In this document: positions 17,765 through 27,583 of the stretch, one piece after another
Position numbering within the stretch: position 1 is the stretch's first letter
How the letters are laid out: each line of letters opens with the position of its first letter
Virus record (IMG/VR): IMGVR_UViG_3300046832_000578
Source: a virus
Length of the DNA: 64,000 nucleotides
Reading direction: 5' to 3' (one strand)
The notes under the pieces: generated by a model
The model's input: only the letters and a program-made list of their open reading frames with translations
What the model was told of the DNA's origin: nothing
Database searches by the model: none
Translations under genes and position numbers: made by a program

Positions 17765-20173
17765 ATGGCAACCCAAGTACAGTTTAGACGAGGAACAACT
17801 ACCCAAAACAATGCGTTTACTGGCGCAATTGCTGAACTCACTGTAGACACCGAAGCAAAAACACTAAGGCTACACGATGGTTCTACTGCTGGTGGTGGGG
17901 CAGTTGTTGCGACCCTTGCAGGCACTCAAACCTTTACAAACAAAACACTTTCAACCAATTCTGTTTGGCAAGGCACTGTCGTTGGATTAGCATATGGTGG
18001 TACTGCTGCATCTTTAACTGCTGTTGCTGGTGGAGTTTTATACTCTGGTGCTTCTGCATTAGCCATTTCTGCAGCTGGAACTTCTGGTCAAGTATTAACT
18101 TCTGCTGGAGCATCTTCACCAACTTGGACTGCTCAATCTTCACTGGTTGTTGGTACTGCCACTGTTGCCACAACAGCAACTAATATTGCTGGTGGTTCTG
18201 CTGGTAATCTTATTATTCAATTAGATACAAATCAAACCACTTTCGTTGCTGCTGGTGCAGCTGGCACATTCTTAAAATCAACTGGTGCTTCTACTGCGCC
18301 TGAGTTTGCTGCAGGTCAAATTACAATTGGTTCTACTGCAGTATCATTCGGTGATACTAGTAACGCTCTTGCTGGAGTAGCTTCTATAACTATGGGTAAT
18401 CGCACTTATGGTAATGCGTCTGTTGCTTCCGTGTCTGGTACTGGTCCATGGACAGCAACAATTACTGGCATATCATCAACTGCTGGCATTTTAGTTGGTC
18501 AAAATATTACTGCAACTGATGGAACTGGTTCTTTGTTTGGTGGTTCTCCTACAAGCGTATTAGTTGCAAGCATTGTTTCTGGAACAAGCATTACTGTAAC
18601 AGTCACTGGTGGAACTATACCAACTGTTGGCACTATTACTGCTATTACTATTTTTGGATTCTTACAAGTTCCAACTGGAACTACTGCTCAACGACCATAT
18701 GTACCAGCAAATGGTATGATTCGTTACAATACTACTCAATCTACATTTGAGGGTTATTCATCTAGTGCATGGTCATCTCTTGGTGGTGTTAAGTCTGTTG
18801 ATGGATTCACTTTTATTCAAGCAGAAACATCTGCTGGTAACTCAAATGGTGACTTAGATTTCTACGCTGAAGATAGTGCAGGAACTGCAGCCACTCAAAT
18901 TGGTCAGTGGAACAGAACAAACCTTAAAGATTATACTGGTACGCTAGTTGGAACACAAACTACACAGAATGTGTTTAATGCAACTGCCACTACTGTCAAT
19001 GCTTTCGGTGCAGCAACTACACTAGCGATTGGTAATGCTACTAGTGCAACTCTAACTCTTCGTCCAGGAACTGTTGTTGGATCTAATACCACTCAGAACT
19101 TATATAATACAGTTGCCACTACTTTAAACTTAGGTGGTGCAGCAACTACTATTTCTATCGGTGCTGCAACTGGTACGCTAACAATCAATAATGCAAATAC
19201 AGTTATTACTGGTAACTTAACTGTAAACGGCACAACTACTACTGTAAATTCAACTACTGTTGAAATTCAAAATGCTTTTGTGTTTGAAGGTGCTACTGCC
19301 GATGGCTTTGAAACAACATTATCCACAGTAGATCCTACTTCAGACAGAACAATACTTTTACCAAATGCCAGCGATACATTAGTTGGTAAAGCAACGACTG
19401 ATACACTAACAAACAAATCTATTAGTTTAACAAACAATACAGTTACATTTACTTCATTAGAATTAAAAACTGGTTGTTCTGACGAAACAGGTTCTGGTGC
19501 TCTAGTATTTGCTACTAGTCCTACTTTAGTGACTCCACTTCTTGGAACACCAACTTCTGGTACATTAACTAACTGTACTGGATTGCCAGTTAGTGGTATC
19601 ACTGCTTCTACTTCTACAGCACTTGGTGTTGGTAGTATTGAACTTGGACATGCTAGCGATACTACTATTGCTCGTTCAAGTGCAGGAGTTGTTACTATTG
19701 AGGGTAATACAATTTTAACATCAGGTAGCACTTCTGCATCAGTTCAATTTGGCTCGTTCGGTGTTGGTACTGCTGCATCTGGAACTACTGGTGAGATTCG
19801 TGCAACAAATGCAATCACATCTTTCTATTCGGACGAGCGTCTGAAAACAGATATTACAGAAATTTCTGGTGCTGTTGATAAGGTTATGCAGCTTCGTGGT
19901 GTTACATTCCGTGCAAATGAATTGGCAGAATCTTATGGTTATGTTTCTAATAAAGAACAAGTTGGTGTTATCGCACAAGATGTTGAAAAAGTATTGCCAC
20001 AAATTGTGGTTCCTGCTCCGTTTGATATTATGCAATTACAAGAAGGTGTAGAAATTTCTCGTTCTGGAGAAAATTATAAAACTGTTCACTATGAAAAACT
20101 TGTACCATTACTAATTCAAGCAATCAAAGAACAACAACTTATGATTGAAGAATTACAAAAGAAGGTAGGCTAA
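17765..20173 (+). CDS. Tail fibre protein with Mtd-like N-terminal domain and C-terminal S74 chaperone
   Basis: MATQVQFRRGTT..N.AFTGA..ELTVDT...LRLHDGSTAGG; PTGTTAQRP module; FYSDERLKTDI...GVIAQDVE...LLIQAIKE. Confidence 0.85.
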   Translation: MATQVQFRRGTTTQNNAFTGAIAELTVDTEAKTLRLHDGSTAGGGAVVATLAGTQTFTNKTLSTNSVWQGTVVGLAYGGTAASLTAVAGGVLYSGASALAISAAGTSGQVLTSAGASSPTWTAQSSLVVGTATVATTATNIAGGSAGNLIIQLDTNQTTFVAAGAAGTFLKSTGASTAPEFAAGQITIGSTAVSFGDTSNALAGVASITMGNRTYGNASVASVSGTGPWTATITGISSTAGILVGQNITATDGTGSLFGGSPTSVLVASIVSGTSITVTVTGGTIPTVGTITAITIFGFLQVPTGTTAQRPYVPANGMIRYNTTQSTFEGYSSSAWSSLGGVKSVDGFTFIQAETSAGNSNGDLDFYAEDSAGTAATQIGQWNRTNLKDYTGTLVGTQTTQNVFNATATTVNAFGAATTLAIGNATSATLTLRPGTVVGSNTTQNLYNTVATTLNLGGAATTISIGAATGTLTINNANTVITGNLTVNGTTTTVNSTTVEIQNAFVFEGATADGFETTLSTVDPTSDRTILLPNASDTLVGKATTDTLTNKSISLTNNTVTFTSLELKTGCSDETGSGALVFATSPTLVTPLLGTPTSGTLTNCTGLPVSGITASTSTALGVGSIELGHASDTTIARSSAGVVTIEGNTILTSGSTSASVQFGSFGVGTAASGTTGEIRATNAITSFYSDERLKTDITEISGAVDKVMQLRGVTFRANELAESYGYVSNKEQVGVIAQDVEKVLPQIVVPAPFDIMQLQEGVEISRSGENYKTVHYEKLVPLLIQAIKEQQLMIEELQKKVG

Positions 20174-20174
20174 C

Positions 20175-21134
20175 ATGGCTGTTTCTACAAGAGATGGATT
20201 AAAACAATACGCACTTCGTAATTTGGGTGCACCAGTTGTTGAAATTAATGTGGATGACGATCAATTAGAAGATCGTATTGATGAAGCATTAGAGCACTGG
20301 ATAAAATATCATTACGAGGGCACTGAACAGATTTATATGAAAGCACAGATTCGTGCTTCTGAAATTGTTTTAACCTCCTCAGTTGCTGCTAACTTTACAT
20401 TGTCTGAAACTATTACAGGTGGAACATCAGGTGCCACTGCACAAGTAACAAAAGAAACAGGTCGTTCTTCTTCTGGAACTTTACTTCTTGTTAGAAACAT
20501 TGTCGGAACATTTACGGTTGGTGAAGTAATTACTGGTGCAACATCTGGTCAAACTGCCACAACTTCCACTATCACAAAAAGAGAATACGATAATAAGTAC
20601 ATTACAGTAACTGATTCAGTATATGGTGTGACTAAAATTTTAGCCATAGGTCAGGCATCGTCATCTAAGAACATATTTGATTTACAATATCAATTGCGTC
20701 TGAATGACCTATATGACTTAACATCTACCTCTATCATTTATTACAAAACTGTAATGAGCCATTTGGCTCTACTTGATTTAGAGTTAAATGGTCATACTCT
20801 TTTTAGATTTAATCGTAGAACAAATAGAATTTATCTAGACATTAACTGGGAAACAGATATCCCTCTTGGTGATTATGTTATCGTTCAAGGATACCGTGCT
20901 TTAGATCCAACTGAATTTACAAAAGTTTATAACGAATCATTTTTAAAACATTATGTTACTGCATTATTTAAAAGACAGTGGGCTACAAATATTAAAAAGT
21001 TTTCTGGCATTCAACTTCCAGGTGGTGTCACATTAGATGGTGATAAACTATACGATGAAGCAGTTAATGAGATTAAAGAACTAGAGGATAGTTTACAAAA
21101 TAAGTCTGCACCATTAGACTTTTTTATAGGTTAA
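20175..21134 (+). CDS. gp13: Neck protein gp13
   Basis: LKQYALRNLGAPVVEINVDDDQLEDRIDEAL...KRQWATNIKKFSGIQLPGGVTLDG; synteny with gp14 and gp15. Confidence 0.93.
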   Translation: MAVSTRDGLKQYALRNLGAPVVEINVDDDQLEDRIDEALEHWIKYHYEGTEQIYMKAQIRASEIVLTSSVAANFTLSETITGGTSGATAQVTKETGRSSSGTLLLVRNIVGTFTVGEVITGATSGQTATTSTITKREYDNKYITVTDSVYGVTKILAIGQASSSKNIFDLQYQLRLNDLYDLTSTSIIYYKTVMSHLALLDLELNGHTLFRFNRRTNRIYLDINWETDIPLGDYVIVQGYRALDPTEFTKVYNESFLKHYVTALFKRQWATNIKKFSGIQLPGGVTLDGDKLYDEAVNEIKELEDSLQNKSAPLDFFIG

Positions 21135-21135
21135 T

Positions 21136-22068
21136 ATGTCAACAACTAATGTTTATTTTTCTCATGGTACGAGAAACGAACAGTACTTGATAGAAGATCT
21201 TATTATCGAATCTTTAAAGATTTACGGTAATGAGTTCTTTTATATTCCAAGAACATTAGTTTCTAAAGACGAGATTCTTGGTGAAGATCGTCTGTCTCAA
21301 TTCACATCATCATTTCCAATTGAAATGTATTTTGAAAATGTGGACAATCTTGCTGGGCAGGGAGCATTTATTCAAAAGTTTGGTTTAATGATGGAGCAGT
21401 CAGCTACATTGATAGTTGCTCGTCGTAGATGGGATCAGTTAGTTGGTCGCTATGGTCAAACTACTTTACCCAATCGCCCAAACGAGGGAGATTTAATTTA
21501 CTTTCCATTAACAAAAGGATTGTTTGAGATTAAATTTGTGACTCATCAAGATCCATTTTATCAACTTGGTAAACTATATGTTTATAAACTACAAGTTGAA
21601 TTGTTCCAGTATGCTTCTGAAAGAATTGATACTGGTATTGCAGCAGTGGATACATTTGAATCACTCAAATCATTTACCACAAATACAACTCGTTCACCAA
21701 ATGGTAAGGTTATAAGGATCGATGTGACAAATCAAGGTTCTGGATATAGCACAGTTCCAACAGTATCCTTTACTAGTTCAAGTGGTATTAATGCTGCAGC
21801 TACTGCTGTTCGTGGAACTGGCGCAAATGCCAATAAAATTGTTAGTATTACTGTAACTAATCAAGGATCTGGATATCAAACTGCTCCAGTAGTTTCTATT
21901 ACTGGTGGTGGGGGTGCTGGTGCTTTAGCAACTGCAGTTATTGAAGCAGACATTGATGCTGTTGAATCTTATGGTGATAATAATAAATTTAAGACTGCAG
22001 CAGCAACTGATTTATTCAGTGAATCAAATCCATTTGGTGAAATAGATAGAACCAGGAATACTGAATAA
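21136..22068 (+). CDS. gp14: Neck protein gp14
   Basis: EQYLIEDLIIESLKIYG..FYIPR, RPNEGDLIYFPL...LFEIKFV...PFYQLGK, FSESNPFG. Confidence 0.93.
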   Translation: MSTTNVYFSHGTRNEQYLIEDLIIESLKIYGNEFFYIPRTLVSKDEILGEDRLSQFTSSFPIEMYFENVDNLAGQGAFIQKFGLMMEQSATLIVARRRWDQLVGRYGQTTLPNRPNEGDLIYFPLTKGLFEIKFVTHQDPFYQLGKLYVYKLQVELFQYASERIDTGIAAVDTFESLKSFTTNTTRSPNGKVIRIDVTNQGSGYSTVPTVSFTSSSGINAAATAVRGTGANANKIVSITVTNQGSGYQTAPVVSITGGGGAGALATAVIEADIDAVESYGDNNKFKTAAATDLFSESNPFGEIDRTRNTE

Positions 22069-22814
22069 TGTTAAACAATAATGTATTTTATCACGGAACT
22101 ATTCGTAAGTGCATCGTAGCGTTTGGCACTCTATTCAGTGACATCTATATTGATCGTCGTGAAGGGAATTCTGTAACAGGAACAGTCGCACAGCGTTTAC
22201 AAATTCCTTTGGCATATGCTCCAAAAGAAAAATATCTAGTTCGTATTGAGCAAGATCCTAATTTAGAAAACAATACCTATGTCTCTTTACCAAGAATGTC
22301 TTTTGAGATTCTTGGATATAGCTACGATTCTAGTCGTAAGTTAAATCGTATGCAGCAAATAAAATGTGGTGATGGTACTACCACCATGGACGCTATCTAT
22401 ACTCCAGTTCCATATAACATTGATGTTAGTTTGTATATTTTAACTAAGACTCAAGAAGACGCATTACAAATTTTAGAACAAATCCTTCCAACATTTACTC
22501 CAGAATATACTCTAACGATTAACGCTGTTCCAGACATGAATGTTAAACTTGACATTCCTATCGTTTTAAATAGCGTAACCTCTTCTGACGAATATGATGG
22601 CGACTTTCAAACTCGTAGAAATGTTACACATACACTAACATTTACAATTAAAACCAATCTATTTGGTCCATTGGCTAACAAGAAAGTTATTGATGAAGTA
22701 TTTGCTAATGTTGGACAAAATGAAAACTTTAGCAATCCGAACAGAATCTATACAGCAGAGGGTGATGTCACTACTGCTACAGTTGATACAGAATCTTGGA
22801 CAAGTAATTTTTAA
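22068..22814 (+). CDS. gp15: Tail sheath stabiliser/terminator gp15
   Basis: FYHGTIRKCIVAFGTLF, IPLAYAPKEK, LPRMSFE, PVPYNI, LQILEQILPTFTP. Confidence 0.93.
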   Translation: MLNNNVFYHGTIRKCIVAFGTLFSDIYIDRREGNSVTGTVAQRLQIPLAYAPKEKYLVRIEQDPNLENNTYVSLPRMSFEILGYSYDSSRKLNRMQQIKCGDGTTTMDAIYTPVPYNIDVSLYILTKTQEDALQILEQILPTFTPEYTLTINAVPDMNVKLDIPIVLNSVTSSDEYDGDFQTRRNVTHTLTFTIKTNLFGPLANKKVIDEVFANVGQNENFSNPNRIYTAEGDVTTATVDTESWTSNF

Positions 22815-22816
22815 AT

Positions 22817-24394
22817 ATGGCTGAAATTTATAATGCGAATTCGAATCTAAAAGCAGCTGGTGTTGATGTTCAGTTTACTCCAGAAGATGTTAAGGAGTAT
22901 ATGAAATGTGCTGCAGATCCAATTTATTTTATTGAAAACTATTGTTACATTGTAACGCTAGATCATGGTCTTCAGTTATTTAAATTATATGATTGCCAAA
23001 AGAAAAAGATTGATGTTATTCATAACAATCGTCGTGTAATTCTTATGGAAGGTCGTCAGCAAGGTAAGACTACAACTTCAGCTGCTTATATTCTTTGGTA
23101 TACATTATTTCAACCGAATAAAAATGTGGGGGTTTTAGCAAACAAAGCAACAGCTGCACGAGAGGTTTTAGATCGTTATCAAACGATGTATGAATTACTC
23201 CCTAAATGGATGCAACAAGGTGTCACTACTTGGAACAAAGGTGACATCGAATTAGAAAATGGTTCAAAAGTATTTACTGCTGCAACTGGTAAATCTGGTA
23301 TTCGTGGTAAATCTGTAAACTTATTGTATGTTGATGAAGCTGCAATTATTCCGAACAATGTGGCAGAAGAATTCTTTACATCAGTTTACCCTACAATTTC
23401 TGCTGGTCAGACTACTAAGATTCTTCTAAGTAGTACACCATTAGGTTATAATCATTTCTGGAAGTTTTGGAATGATGCTGAGAATGGGCGAAATGGATTT
23501 GTTAATCTGTTTATTCCATACTGGGAAATTCCAGGTCGTGATGAGGCATGGGCAAATGAACAAAAAGCCATGCTCGGTGAACTTAAATATAATCAAGAGG
23601 TTTTGTGTAACTTCTTGGGATCAAGTTTAACACTTATTAATGCAGATACTATCGCACAAATGAGTGTAGCAAATAGAGTCTATGATAAAGATGGACTTGA
23701 TGTTTATGTAGAACCACAAGTTGGTCATACATATTGTTTAGTCGCTGATGTGGCTAAAGGAGTTGGTGGGGATTATTCTGCGTTTCAGATTATTGATATT
23801 ACAGAAACACCCTATCGAATTGTTGCAAAGTATAGAAACAATGAAATTAGTCCATTGCTCTATCCTAATATTATTTACAAAGTTGGTAGAGACTATAATT
23901 ACGCTTGGGTACTAATGGAGATTAATATATCAGAGCAAGTTGCTCATATTCTCTATTCTGAGATGGAATACGAAAACATTTTATTTGTTACAAGACATAC
24001 TCTTGGACAAACAGTTTCTGGTGGTTTCGGTGGTGGTAAAACCCAGCTAGGTGTAATGACAGATAAGAAAATTAAAAGAATTGGGTGCTCTAATTTTAAG
24101 GCACTAGTTGAAGAAAAGAAACTATTAATACAAGACGCAGACACTATATCAGAAATTTCTACATTTATTGAGACAAAGGGGTCTTATCAAGCAGACGAAG
24201 GTTATCATGATGACTTAGTTATGCCTTTAGTTTTGTTTGGCTGGTTGACAACTAACTCGTATTTTAAAGACCTAAATAATGTAAACCTTAGAGAAGTTAT
24301 GTATAAGAAACAGATGCAGGCTATCGAAGAAGAACTTACTCCATTTGGTTTTTATGACGATGGTGGTCCAGAAAAACCCCCTCTAAACTTCTAG
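22817..24394 (+). CDS. gp17: Terminase large subunit gp17
   Basis: KCAADPIYF, Walker A RQQGKTT, Walker B LLYVDEAA, SSTPLGYNHF, nuclease DVAKGVGGDYS and HDDLVM. Confidence 0.96.
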   Translation: MAEIYNANSNLKAAGVDVQFTPEDVKEYMKCAADPIYFIENYCYIVTLDHGLQLFKLYDCQKKKIDVIHNNRRVILMEGRQQGKTTTSAAYILWYTLFQPNKNVGVLANKATAAREVLDRYQTMYELLPKWMQQGVTTWNKGDIELENGSKVFTAATGKSGIRGKSVNLLYVDEAAIIPNNVAEEFFTSVYPTISAGQTTKILLSSTPLGYNHFWKFWNDAENGRNGFVNLFIPYWEIPGRDEAWANEQKAMLGELKYNQEVLCNFLGSSLTLINADTIAQMSVANRVYDKDGLDVYVEPQVGHTYCLVADVAKGVGGDYSAFQIIDITETPYRIVAKYRNNEISPLLYPNIIYKVGRDYNYAWVLMEINISEQVAHILYSEMEYENILFVTRHTLGQTVSGGFGGGKTQLGVMTDKKIKRIGCSNFKALVEEKKLLIQDADTISEISTFIETKGSYQADEGYHDDLVMPLVLFGWLTTNSYFKDLNNVNLREVMYKKQMQAIEEELTPFGFYDDGGPEKPPLNF

Positions 24395-24408
24395 AAATCG
24401 TGCAAAAA

Positions 24409-24415
24409 CTAAATA
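24409..24415 (+). promoter_or_regulatory. Late promoter-like CTAAATA
   Basis: Upstream of gp18, with AAGGAG SD. Confidence 0.55.
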
Positions 24416-24470
24416 AAATGTAGACATGAATTTTGTCTAAAAGTAAAACTTATTAACAAGGAGAATTACA

Positions 24471-26936
24471 ATGCCGTTTCAATTATCTCCAGGCGTTGCA
24501 GTCGTAGAAAAAGATTTCACTTCTATCGTTCCAGCCGTATCATCTTCAATTGGTGCTTTTGCTGGTGCATTTCCGTGGGGTCCAGTTATGGAACCTACCA
24601 CTGTTGGATCCGAAAACGAATTAGTTCGTCGCTTCGGTAAACCAGACGATAGTAACTTTAGTTCTTTCTTCACTGCTGCGAACTTCCTATCTTATACAAA
24701 TAACCTATTGCTAGTTCGTGCAGACGCTGGACACTTGAATGCTGTGGCAACCCCAACAGGTGGTCTAGGTACTGTAACTGTCACTGCTGCAGGATCTGGC
24801 TATACCTCTACTGCTGCTGCTCCTGCAGTAACAGTTGGTGCTCCAGATGATGCAGGTGGAACACAAGCTGTTGTTACCGCAACATTATCTGGTGGTACAG
24901 TTACTGCGATTGCAGTTTCAACTGCGGGTGCTGGATATGATTCCGCACCGACCGTAACTATTACTACAGCTGCAGGTGATACTGGTTCTGGTGCGACTGC
25001 TACTGCAGTAATGACCACACCAACTATTTCTGGATCTGCAGTTTCTGGTACTGGTGGTCAATTTACTTGTACTGGAACTACTATAACAGTTGGAGATTTA
25101 ATTACTCTTACTGGAACAATATCTGGTACAGCAACTATCACTGGTTATACAACTGGAACAACATATAAAGTTTCTGCTATCACTGGTTCTGGTGCTTCTG
25201 TAACAGGATTCACTTTAACTACCACAGGTGATGTGGCTATCGTTACTACTGCAGGTACAACAACTGGTTTAACTCTTAGCAACAATTCACAACAAACTGT
25301 TGCTTCGATTACAGTAGCCACAGCTGGATCTGGTTATAAAATTGCCCCAACAGTAGCATTATCTGGTGGTACACCAACTACTGCTGCAACACTTGGTGCG
25401 GTTACACTTTCCTCTTCTACTATTACTGGTCTTACCATCACTACAGTTGGAACTGGTTACTCTTCTGCTCCAACACTAACAATCGCAGCACCTCCATCTG
25501 GAACTACTGCGACTGCTACAGCAACTATTCAAACTGCTGGTCTAAAAATTATCAATGGTGAAACTTATACCTCTACCTTTTCCGCAGGTGCTGGTGTTGT
25601 CGGTACTTGGGCAGCAAAGTATCCAGGAACTTTAGGTAATAGCCTAAAAGTTTCTATAGCAGACTCTGCTGGTTTTACTGGTTGGACATACGCATCTGAA
25701 TTTGATGCTGCTCCAGGAACTTCTCCATACGCTGCAAGCGTAGGTGGGTCTGGTGATGAAGTTCATGTAATCGTTATCGATGAAGACGGATTATGGACTG
25801 GTACAGCGGGATCTGTTTTAGAGAAATTTGCATTTCTTTCAAAAGCATCTGATGGTAAAAAATCTGATGGTACAAATAACTATTACAAAGATGCCATCAA
25901 CAGTCGTTCAGAATATATCTGGTGGATGGATCACCCAACTGCAGTAACAGGCACTACTTCATGGGGTGCTACTGCTGCAGGTTCTACATTTAAAACACTA
26001 ACTGCCGTTCAAACTGTATCTCTTTCTGGTGGTACAGATGACTACGCATTAACTGATGGTGAAAAAACTAGTGCGTTTGCATTATTTGCCAATGCTGAAC
26101 AGTATGATGTTTCTCTAGTTATGCTAGGTAAAGCATCTACTACCGTTGCACAGTACGTAATTAGCAATATCTGCGAAACTCGTCTAGATTGTATCGCTTT
26201 GATTTCTCCAGAGAGAGTATCAAATGGTGATACAATTATCGGAGCAACCTCTACAGAAATTGGTTATATTACTGCATACCGTGATGCAATTTCAAGCACA
26301 TCATACGCAGTTATGGACTCTGGTGCTAAGTATCAATACGATCGTTACAATGACAAATATCGTTATGTCCCATTAAATGGTGATGTGGCTGGTCTGTGTG
26401 CTCGTACTGACTATACTAACGATCCATGGTTCTCTCCAGGTGGTCTAAATCGTGGTCAAATTAAGAATGTTGTTCGCTTAGCAGTTAATCCAACTAAGAC
26501 ACAGCGTGACACTCTTTACAAGAAAGGTGTTAATCCTGTTGTTACCTTCCCAGGAGAAGGAACTGTTCTATTCGGTGACAAGACTCTATTGGCTAAACCA
26601 AGTGCATTCGATCGTATCAATGTTCGTCGTCTATTCATCGTTATGGAAAAGGCGATTGCAACTGCTGCTAAATTCCAGTTGTTCGAATTCAACGATGGAT
26701 TTACTCGTGCACAGTTTAAGAACTTGGTGGAGCCATTCCTCCGTGATGTACAAGGTCGTCGTGGTATTACTGATTTCGTTGTTAAGTGCGATGAGTCTAA
26801 CAACACAGGTGAAGTTATCGATCGTAACGAATTCGTTGCTGATATCTTCGTTAAGCCAAATCGTTCTATCAACTTTATTACTCTCAACTTCGTTGCTGCT
26901 CGCTCTGCGATTAACTTCAGCGAAATTGGTGCTTAA
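24471..26936 (+). CDS. gp18: Tail sheath protein gp18 with a large Thr/Gly/Ala-rich insertion
   Basis: QLSPGV.VVEKD, FPWGP, FFTAANFLSY, YDRYND.YRYVPLNGD.AG, PWFSPGG, FDRINVRRLF, FEFND. Confidence 0.96.
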   Translation: MPFQLSPGVAVVEKDFTSIVPAVSSSIGAFAGAFPWGPVMEPTTVGSENELVRRFGKPDDSNFSSFFTAANFLSYTNNLLLVRADAGHLNAVATPTGGLGTVTVTAAGSGYTSTAAAPAVTVGAPDDAGGTQAVVTATLSGGTVTAIAVSTAGAGYDSAPTVTITTAAGDTGSGATATAVMTTPTISGSAVSGTGGQFTCTGTTITVGDLITLTGTISGTATITGYTTGTTYKVSAITGSGASVTGFTLTTTGDVAIVTTAGTTTGLTLSNNSQQTVASITVATAGSGYKIAPTVALSGGTPTTAATLGAVTLSSSTITGLTITTVGTGYSSAPTLTIAAPPSGTTATATATIQTAGLKIINGETYTSTFSAGAGVVGTWAAKYPGTLGNSLKVSIADSAGFTGWTYASEFDAAPGTSPYAASVGGSGDEVHVIVIDEDGLWTGTAGSVLEKFAFLSKASDGKKSDGTNNYYKDAINSRSEYIWWMDHPTAVTGTTSWGATAAGSTFKTLTAVQTVSLSGGTDDYALTDGEKTSAFALFANAEQYDVSLVMLGKASTTVAQYVISNICETRLDCIALISPERVSNGDTIIGATSTEIGYITAYRDAISSTSYAVMDSGAKYQYDRYNDKYRYVPLNGDVAGLCARTDYTNDPWFSPGGLNRGQIKNVVRLAVNPTKTQRDTLYKKGVNPVVTFPGEGTVLFGDKTLLAKPSAFDRINVRRLFIVMEKAIATAAKFQLFEFNDGFTRAQFKNLVEPFLRDVQGRRGITDFVVKCDESNNTGEVIDRNEFVADIFVKPNRSINFITLNFVAARSAINFSEIGA

Positions 26937-26941
26937 TAACA

Positions 26942-26949
26942 GATAAATA
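26942..26949 (+). promoter_or_regulatory. Late promoter-like GATAAATA
   Basis: Upstream of gp19, with AAGGAG SD. Confidence 0.5.
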
Positions 26950-26972
26950 AAGATAAGAACAAGGAGAATTAA

Positions 26973-27560
26973 ATGGCAAATATTGCTGATTTTAAAGCGC
27001 AAATGATTGGTGGCGGTGCTCGCCCGAATCAGTTCCGTGTTGAATTATCTTTCCCATCTTATGTTACATTGGGTGTGGTAGCAGGACAGCGTGCACAGTT
27101 TTTGTGTAAAGCTGCTCAGTTACCTGCTTCTACAATCGAGACACTTCCTGTTCTCTATCGTGGTCGCCCAGTGAACTTTGCTGGTGAAAGAACTTTCCAA
27201 CCATGGACAGTAACAATTTACAACGATACAACTTTTGGTATCCGTAATGCACTAGAACAGTGGCAATCTGGTATTCAGAATTATAATACTACCAATGGTC
27301 GTATTAACCCAACTGATTATCAAGTTGACTTGAATGTTCACCAACTAGATCGCAACGGAGCAATTATCAAGAGTTATAAATTTGTAGATGCATTCCCAAC
27401 TGCTATCTCAGCTGTTGGCTTAGATTACGAGCAACAAAATGCAATTGAACAGTTTGACGTAGAGTTTACATATAACTTCTTTACTTCAAACACTGGGGCA
27501 GCTGCTGGATTTGGTGTCAATGTTTCTATCGACACTCCAGTTGGTTCGTTCCCTCTTTAA
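26973..27560 (+). CDS. gp19: Tail tube protein gp19
   Basis: GGGARPNQFRV, FLCKAAQLPAS, AGERTFQPWTVTIYND, IEQFDVEFTY. Confidence 0.95.
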   Translation: MANIADFKAQMIGGGARPNQFRVELSFPSYVTLGVVAGQRAQFLCKAAQLPASTIETLPVLYRGRPVNFAGERTFQPWTVTIYNDTTFGIRNALEQWQSGIQNYNTTNGRINPTDYQVDLNVHQLDRNGAIIKSYKFVDAFPTAISAVGLDYEQQNAIEQFDVEFTYNFFTSNTGAAAGFGVNVSIDTPVGSFPL

Positions 27561-27583
27561 TAATTAACTGAGGTTTTTACATT

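Noticed and set aside
17765-20173. Diversity-generating retroelement suggested by the Mtd-like N-terminus and the duplicated C-terminal block
   Set aside because: No reverse transcriptase in the window; both copies are coding chaperone domains and differ at all base types, not only adenines.
21110-21134. gp13 C-terminus PLDFFIG as a clamp-binding motif
   Set aside because: It matches the usual gp13 family C-terminal ending, and a neck protein has no reason to bind the clamp.
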